A DNA stretch of 64,000 nt from Chrysomallon squamiferum (lineage: Eukaryota; Animalia; Mollusca), in contig CM022665.1 of assembly GCA_012295275.1 (NCBI GenBank), forward strand, positions 14,260,001 to 14,324,000. The letters are read 5' to 3'. Position numbers and translations under genes: made by a program. Under the pieces are notes generated by a model. The model was given only the letters and a program-made list of their open reading frames with translations. It was not told where the DNA came from and searched no databases. This document shows, one piece after another, positions 55,041 to 64,000 of this stretch. The stretch's first letter is position 1, and every line of letters starts with the position of its first letter.

Positions 55041-58000
55041 GTTAAATGGAACGTTAATATTTTTATTTGTAATGAACAGTATTCCTTCTTCATCAAAAAA
55101 AAAAAAAAAAAGAGCTCATCTCAATGATTATCAAAAGAAAAAGAAAAAAGACTAAGGAAAATTCAGAAATGCATATTTAGTTAATTGTATATAGCCTTTT
55201 TCCATCTTTTTGATTCCAGTGAATTTATTCTGTCTGGACAGTTATTTAGAAATTCTTAAAATGCTTCTGAAATAAAAATTGCTAGCAAAGATACTTTTTT
55301 GTACACTAGTGTTTAAACATATGGTTTATAATTACTATGGAATATTACTGACTGAATTTTTGAAGCCCAGCGATTGGGCAAATGATGTACATGTGTATAA
55401 TTCAATTGTAACGTGTTTAGATAGTGAATGATGATTTGACTGGTTATTTGTAACCAGAGCTGGTGCCTATTTCGTTCACCCCCACATACAATTTTTTTTT
55501 TTTTAAATTTTAACTTTGATTTTGAAAAACATATTGTGTAGAAAAAAATAAAAAGCACATATATTTTTAACTTCAAGTATTATTAGATGACAATAGCACC
55601 AGTATTAAAAGCACAATATTATATTCATTGGCAACGGTATGTTACCTCACTCTTTGAGGCAAATGGGCTTTCACTTAAAAATGTATAACAAATTGATTTA
55701 GGTTTGACAATACCGTTAGTACTGGAAATGTATTAACTGGTTATGAACTAACAATGAACTATCTACAAACTGTTACAATGGACTATTACTGGAATATTTC
55801 CTGTTTGTTACATTTTTTTCTTAGAACAGTAATTTGTATAAAACTGTGACCCATACAGATCAGAAGTGCATCTGTTTTAGGTCTGTGCCATAGGCAGCTG
55901 CCAAATGGTGGTGCCAACCATATTTGTAACTAGAAAACAGTTTGACCTGAACTTATATATAAAGTACATGTCAGTGTGACTTAATACTGAATACTTTCAT
56001 AATGTTGCCAAACTGGGAGAGTACCAAATAGATTTGTAAAGTGCATGGAGCTTAGCTCCACTTCCAATCAATTAGTATTTTGCTATATATATGTTATTAA
56101 AAAAAATTCATACATGATAATTATGCATAATTATTAGATAATAAAAAAGAAAATACAACATAACAATTACAATTTTTAGAATTATAGAAAGTAATGATGG
56201 AGGAATCTGTGGTGACACCTCTTTCCCTCTTTCCCTGAATCCATACTTATGATTTGGCTGTCTACTAGACATTTCTACCGGAACTTTAGAGATCTCTACA
56301 AGAATGTAAGAGGATTTAAATCTCAATACAAGACACATTTACGTACATTAAAATACTAAATACACATGGTGGATCTGGGCATAAAGGGTTTTTAATGTAT
56401 CATTTTCAGTCAAATATACATTTATAAATTTTATATATCTTAATTGACTGTTTATATGATAGTTTATTTTATGTCTGAAATATTTCTGATCATGCATAGA
56501 TCTGATTATATGTCATCATATTTTTGTTTCCTTCTCGATGCTTACTCATAGTCACAGACAAACACAGTCACAGACAAACACCCATCAGAAATATATATAT
56601 ATGTATATATTTTTTTTAAATTTAAGGAAAAGAATAATAAAACAAATTCAATCTATTATTCATATGACAGAATTTATTCATTATGTATTTCTGGACATGA
56701 AATAATGTTCTTGCACACTATCAACTATTTTAACTTTGAAGTCGGATTTGTTAAAAATGGTATCTGACAACCTCCTTAATAAACATCTCACTACATGTTC
56801 ATGGTGGCATGTTTAAATGGTACAAAACAACAGACAAGAGGTCCATTTGCAGCAAAAAATGGTTCTATGCTATATTTTGAGTAACAGAGGAAATATTTTT
56901 GGTCAGAAACAGTCTAAAGAAAAGCAACAGTGTATCTTCTTTGTTTTACACTGATGTTAGAGGCATGCTGGTTTCTGCATTCTAATGGAATAAAATATTT
57001 AATATACCACCACATATTTAGTTATATTTTGATTTGAAAATTAAAAATAAAAAAATAAAAAAATGATCTTTAGTAACAGTTTAGACTGAATTGTAAACTA
57101 GAAAAGTGTCCTAAGGGTAGGATATGGACTGGGAAAATATTACCATTTGTACCCTGAAAACTAAATACTGGCCAATTTTAATTTTAAAATATATTATTAA
57201 TAGTAACATGTACATAAACTCATATTATTACCACAAATTGAAATCTCTGGGAAACAAAGTTTGTTTCTACCAGTTTCCTGCATATTTTTGTTGGCAAACT
57301 AATAATAGCAATATCTACAATGTTAAAAAACAAAAATAAACAAACCGCTAAAATAATAATTATTTATTTCAGACTGGTAGCTAATATTTTTTAAACATTG
57401 TGTCAACTAAGTTACCATGTTACTAAAATATCCACAATTTTATTAATATGGTTTAGATAGATTACATCATTATGTGGCATGTGTACAGAGTGGATGTTAT
57501 GCAAGATACTAAGAGTAACATTTTAGTATTAAACTCATCTAATGAAGACATATATACCCATTTGTCTATTAATTTACCAAAACTGGTCTCCTAGGTTATT
57601 TTTTTAATGATAACTTAACAGACAGTAACTTAGTAGACATTTTTTTGAGTCACATCTCACAACCTTGCAGGGTGACCTATTGTCACCCACCTTTATGTTT
57701 TAAGTTTTGATGCAACTAACCTACTTTGTGATGTAATGGTGAATGGATCACTAAAATGGTAACTTAGTAGACAAAAAATAAAGGTAGAGTTGACTTACAC
57801 TTTCAAAACTGAAGAATTAACCAAAATGTTAATCTCAGATCAAAAGCATGCTTCTGATTATTGATGATGATAGCAAGGCCACCTGGTGATCATTTCCAAA
57901 AGATTAATTATGCATAATTATCATTGTTTTTATTGGCTAAATTGAAATGGTAAAACAGTAGACATACTACAAGCAGTAAAAATAACTCCTACAGATTTAA

Positions 58001-58367
58001 GAGTTTATTAACACGAAAACCTAATTTCAATATTAGACACTGTCTAATAGTTTTTAATGAAAGATAAAATAAATACATTTGTTTGTTTTACAACAGTCTG
58101 TGTATGCCCTTAGTGCTGGGACAGTAAATTAGGAACCACATTTTATAAAATCATTTTTTTTTTTATGCTACTATATTCAGTGCAACAATTATCACTGAAA
58201 TGATGATTGTTTTAGTGCATGCAGTATTTATTTTCAGAAAATGAATTAAACTAAAGTAAGTCTTATCTAAATAAACTGAGTGGACATATGTTTAAACTCA
58301 GAGGTTTTTGTTATTATATATCATATAATTATCAATAATACATAGACATAATATTGATATCTATCAG

Positions 58368-58538
58368 ATAAAATGTGAAATTGATTCACCATGAGCATTA
58401 CATGGACAGCTTCTGTGGTGTGAATTCTTCTACATGGCTGCCACGGACAACCCAAAGTTTGACCAGATGTTAGGCAACCCCATCTGTGTTCAGATACCCT
58501 GGGACAGAAGTTCAGAGGCTCTGGCCAAATGGGCTGAG
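58368..58538 (+). pseudogene. Degenerate cryptochrome exon-7 copy
   Basis: [56 protein letters not shown]. Same 171-nt length as live exon 7, AG/GT retained, TGA at 58392-58394. Confidence 0.95.
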
Positions 58539-59427
58539 GTATGTATTGATATAAACAATTCACAAAAATCAAGCTGATAATAACAGAGTATTGAATATTC
58601 TAATTTTGCAGCAAATGGTCCATACAGTGAAACTGCAAAGAAGCCTGTGGAAGCACACAGTTCTGAAGATCAAGACTATAGTATGGAGAAAACGGAAGGT
58701 ATGCCAATTAAGACATCCAAGTTTAATATTAAGATAAATGTCAGATATGGTTTTTATATAATCACAATATCTGAGAGAGGGAACCATCTCTTATTAATGA
58801 CTGTAAGAATCTTTTCATATGCACTGTCCAAAGGCAGTGAAATAAATACCTTGATCATTGAATTAGAAGTCAAAATATATGCCTGGAATAGGAAATTGCC
58901 TGTGTAACTCACAAAGTTCTTGCCAGAAAATATGCTTACAAAGTTGACCGTTTTATTTATTTATTTTTAATTATCATGTATAATTAACAGAATAAATAGT
59001 TTACATTCATTTACTTAGCAGAACAAATTACTAAATTTTTGGAAAGATAATGGATGAGCTATAAATATTATTTGATTTGTTATATAAGACATTAATTCTA
59101 AATATATAATATGCAGAACTCAAATTTAAGTTATCAGCCCAGGAAATATAAACAGGCTCTTCTGGAGCAGTGAGCAATTTTAAATTTGTCTACTTGTTAC
59201 CGTGAACATTGTTTACAAATTATAAAACAGAAATGATTCCATATTGCAGACTTGTACAAGCTGATCATAATTTATTGAAAAATTGACATGGCCTTTAAAA
59301 ATAATAAAGGTAAGGAAAGAATCAGAGAAATTTCAAGGCCTGTTCTATTTTACATTTTAAAATATTTGAGCAACTTATTATAACAATGAAAATGCAACAC
59401 TAAAACCCTCAAATGTTCAGAATTCTG

Positions 59428-59475
<48 letters not shown>

Positions 59476-61898
59476 TAAACTATCATATATGCTACATATA
59501 AAATAATATTTGTGAAAACACAAGAAAAAATGTCCAACCCATCTGTTGTTGACAGAATATTTAATTTTATCTTAGCATTATGTCCAAGATAAGAACAACA
59601 TGTAATTCATCTGTAAATGTAAGTTATATTATAGCACATTGTCAGTATTATGTTGTGATGGACAAGTCAGCAGAAGTGTAGATCTCTGTAGAAGAACAAG
59701 GCTAACAGAGAGAAAACACAAAGTATGCAGAGTGGTGAGCACAGTCAAGAAAACTGGCAACCTGGTGACAAATAAGAAAAACTTCTGAAACAAATACTAA
59801 ATAATATTGGCTTTTAAGATGGTTGTTGTTAGTTTGATTTTGTTTCAATGTTTGTTTTAATCATTTTTTATGTTTTATGAAATCATATTGATTAATCTAG
59901 ATTGGATATCAAATATGTGGTAATTCTTACCTACAATTTTTAGTGGACATCAGGTAACATTTTTTTACAAGTTAAGGAGAATGGGCTGGTAAAGTGCATT
60001 ACTTTGGGGATTACTGAACATCAAATTCACTCTCTTTTTCTTTTTTTTTTTTTTTTATCTCATTTAAATGTATAGTCAAATTTATAAATGTAAACTAGGA
60101 AATTTTACAGATAAAAACTATAAAAATTTATGTAGAAAGCATAATTACAGTGACTGAATGAAGTAATTTGGAATTTATGGAATGTAGGAAAATAATAAAA
60201 AATGTCATTGTTGTTTTAAAATAATAAAACAAAATAAAATAAAATAAAAAAATAATTAAATAAATAAATAATTTTAATACTTGATTTCTTTTTTAATATA
60301 AAATTTTGATTTCTTTTAACTGTATGTTAAATTCTTGTTGCTTTTAATTAAATTGAAATATTTAATATAATTTTTACTCCAAAATTTCAGTTTACTAACA
60401 ATGAAGTAGTATGGATATATACTTACTGTTTTATGTTTATCTGCTTTTTGTATAAAATGTTGAAACTTTATTAATGTTTTAAAATTAAAGAATAATGTTT
60501 TTAACTTTTGTAGCCATTTTAAAATATATTTATTTTACATATCTTTTGTTTATTTATTTATTATTTTGTTTATCACTGAACCAGAAATTAAAAGTGTATT
60601 GAATTAGCATAATGTGGATACAAAATTTTAAAGGATTTTGGGGTATTTTATATAGAGTAAGTTGGCAAACCAGTTTGAGATTTACCAGTATAAAATGCTG
60701 GTATAAACAGTGAATGTATATCTTATTTCAAGTATGAATGACAGATAATAAAAATATTACTTCTTGCTTTTACAGAAAAGAACTTTATTATGAACTGACA
60801 CAAATTTGGGTTAACATAAGCAGTTATATATCAATGTATCAAATGTAAACTGTGTTCTTGTTGGTTTTCAGTGTGTTCTTTAAAAATAATTATATCATTA
60901 TATTAATAAAGTTTTGTATATCACAGATTATGTTTATGTTAATACTTATGAAGAATGATTTTATTAAAAGAGAAATGCATTTAATTTACATTTTAACTAT
61001 TCATTCAGTTAAAAAAATTAATAATAATAATAAATAAAGAATTTAATAAATATAAATAAATAAATATATAAATAAAAAATATAAACAATATAATTAGAAG
61101 CAGAGATAGTTTTCCTTGAAAACACTTCTGAAAAAAAAAAAAAAAAAAAAAAAAAAAATAATAGTAGTTGTAGTAGTAATAGTAACAACAACAACAACAA
61201 CAACAATAATAATAATATTAATAATAATAATTACCCTTCGTGAAAAACAGTAATAGTGGCAGATTTAATAATAACTATTCATTTCTTATTTTCAATAACT
61301 AATAATTATTTTATGATACTCAAAAGTTCACAGAAAGAAAATAATATATTATTTTTAAAAATTCTAAAAATTGTTTTCACTGTAGGCTGTTGCATTGTAA
61401 TAACTGTTTCAAACAATGCAGACAAAAGTAAAATTAAAACAATAACATTTTAATTAATGCTAGCAATACTAGTTAAAGGACTATTTAATGACACATTATT
61501 TAGGTAAACAAGTAATTTTCATTATTGGATTTACGTCTTTAATAATATAAATGTGAAATTTCAGGTATGATCAACATAGGTTTCCAAAAACAAGAAAAGT
61601 AGAGTAAAACAAAATCCCAAAGTTACAAACACACACACACACACACAGACGCACAAAAGAACAACAAAAAGGCTATGTTTAAATTTTGATTGTTTTTACC
61701 TTATTCATCAGAACTGCTGCTGCTACTACTATTACTACTAAAAAAAAAAAAAAAAAAAAAAAACAGTAATTCATTTTCTGTCAATTTATGTTGTCTGCCA
61801 TTGTTGCTAAGCAAATGTCAATTATAACAGGTAACGTCACTTACGCAAACAATCGGACAACTGCACTTTTTCAACAAAAGCAGATGTGTATGTATGTA

Positions 61899-62210
61899 CA
61901 GTGATGGACATATATTTGTCAGGCTTTGAAGTGTGAACATTTATGGAGGCCCCTCACAAGCAGCAACAAGGTCTGGTAACCAGTGCTATCTTCTTCAATG
62001 GGCTTGTTCCATCACAGATGAACATAAATTTAAATAAAACAACAACAACAAAAACAGCTAAATAATAATAATTTTTTTTTTTTAAAACACATGATCACTG
62101 ATTTGGAATAAACTTTTGAAGCAATGCAGACTAAAATCACTTCTGTGGCTCTTTCAGGACAAGGGGCCTTGAAGCTTAAGCTTCATTAGTTTCATACTAG
62201 ACCCGCCCCT
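61899..62210. mobile_element. Possible Harbinger/hAT-like MITE remnant
   Basis: Right end TAGACCCGCCCCTG preceded by GGGGCCTTGAAGCTTAAGCTTCA; degenerate left end CAGTGATGGAC...GGAGGCCCC. Confidence 0.35.
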
Positions 62211-63499
62211 GCATATATCTATGCAGGTATAGATCCGTACATGTATGTGTAATATCTATCCCTGCGTGAGTTCACACTTATTATATATAATGATCCATTC
62301 TGAAATACTTTTTGTTTCTTTGTTATTAACAATCCTTTGTTTACGAATTGCAGATATATCATTGGCTATATTTCATTATCGTGTAATCATGACATTTTGG
62401 CACCAGATGTTGTTAAACTGAACAGTTTTCCTGCAGAGATTAAATTAGTTTCAGTTTCAAAATGAATACTAAAAACTGCATCAGAGTTGATGCTTAGTAT
62501 ACATGGATATAAGCTCGTATTGGCAGATTTGGTGTCTGCAGTTTTGGTTTCAACCTTTGGTCCGAAAATATTTTTAATACATGGTATGCTACAGTTATTC
62601 TGTAGTCACTTATGATTTAAATTGGTTTCAGCAGTTATTAGCAATGTTTACAGGTGAAGTTTCAGATTATGAACACATACTGTGCATTGTGTTATTTTAT
62701 ATGCATCCTGGGAAACCACAGTTTTGGGACATCCACGCCTTCTGGCATCATAATATATGCTGATAAGGCGGAGTCTACTGTATTTTCATTGTTACATTTT
62801 TAGATTCCCCTCTTACTTTTAATTTAAAAAATCAAATCAAATCAAATCAAATCAAATAAATAAACAAATAATAATAATAATCCTTCAAATAGGTGTTATG
62901 TTTCGAATTTAGAAGCCCTTTCTTAATCTTTGAGACATTTGGTGAAATATCCCAGTATAAAATTTCAGAAATCTGTAGCAGCCATACATTATAACTGTAA
63001 CATATTTCTTTACATTAATGACACTTTATTTCATATCAGCTTATTTTATAGGACAAATGTAAAAAATTAATAGTGGAAAAAAAATACACAGCAATGGACT
63101 TTTTACCACTAAAGTAAAAAAAAAAAAAGAAAAAAGAAAGGATGAAAGAGAAAGAATGAGATGTATGCTTCTGAATTTCGAGGCTGATTTATGTGGCTTC
63201 CAAACTGCTCAGAAGTCATCCTCTTTATAAAGTCATATTTTAACTATTAATAAGGTCATCACAGAAAAAGAAGTTGGCAACCTTACAATATTTAAAAATA
63301 CCAGTTCAGAAAAACTGGTAATAAGAAATAAGATGTGTGATTATTAATTATTTAAAATCTATTATTCATTTTCCTGGTAATATTTTAAAATACACATTAG
63401 AAAAGGATGTTATAGTAAAGAGTGCCTGAAATTAGTGTTCTAGTTTTGTGCTACTAAAATGTATATAGCATAATGTAAGTCTACCACCTTGTTATGTTG

Positions 63500-63651
63500 A
63501 CGAGGTCACGACCCAGGTCAAAAGAAGAAGAAAAAAAAAAAAAAAAAGGAAAGACAATAATGGCGGAAGTTCTGTTTGAAGTTGGTCTGATGGATGTTAG
63601 TTGAATCCAACAGTTATAGTTTATGCAGGGATTATTTGGTTAAGCAATGTG
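63500..63651 (+). promoter_or_regulatory. Possible promoter and first (non-coding) exon of the next gene
   Basis: AATGGCGGAAGT (YY1/ETS-like) at about 63559, two AGGTCA half-sites (63503, 63515), a consensus G|GTAAGT donor at 63652, and return of CpGs after a CpG-poor block. Confidence 0.35.
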
Positions 63652-64000
63652 GTAAGTATATGGGCATGGATATGTTCTATTTTCTTTGCAGACGATAACC
63701 GTTATAATAATTGTAAGAGGCCATGTTTTAGGATTTGCTAGTTGTACGTTGATCGTATTCAGTCACTCAGTGTATTTACCACTACTGACTCAGTTGAGTG
63801 CAGAGTGCAGCTCATTGATGTAAATACACACATTAATACGTGACTTGTTATATTAATATGTATCATTGATGACACTGGAAATTAATAATGAATTCCTGAT
63901 CATATTTATAGAAAAAATTGTATTCTTGACCAAGCTGATAATAAACTTGATCGTTCTATTAATTAATGCTAGTGCATTAACAAATCAGAAACTGTAAGTG

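Noticed and set aside
55625-55950. Faint echoes of CRY exons 3 and 4 (VTSL-FE; NGG...TRKQF) between the two relic exons
   Set aside because: Too short and require indels; not distinguishable from chance by eye.

Overview
AT-rich, microsatellite-rich animal genomic DNA with spliceosomal introns. The repeat style is consistent with a mollusc or other lophotrochozoan, but the species cannot be established from the sequence. Two complete multi-exon genes were reconstructed by hand, arranged head-to-head: (1) a secreted glycoside hydrolase family 3 beta-xylosidase-like gene on the minus strand (12 coding exons, 39436->26835, 741 aa), and (2) a mammalian-type (type II, repressor-class) cryptochrome on the plus strand (12 exons, 44244->51037, 532 aa). 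Directly downstream is a dead tandem cryptochrome copy, of which exon 1 (54916-55040) and exon 7 (58368-58538) are recognisable; both carry in-frame stops. Most of the exon-7 relic is about 98% identical to the live gene, whereas its first 36 nt and the exon-1 relic are strongly diverged, which suggests a gene-conversion tract. The live CRY has unusual substitutions at normally conserved positions and a tandem E'-box/E-box-like promoter element. Also present: a probable signal-peptide first exon of a third gene running off the left edge (20921->20837), a piggyBac transposase fossil, two Tigger/pogo-type MITEs, SINE remnants, a 38-bp intronic hairpin and many simple repeats. Most ORFs in the supplied track are spurious low-complexity frames.
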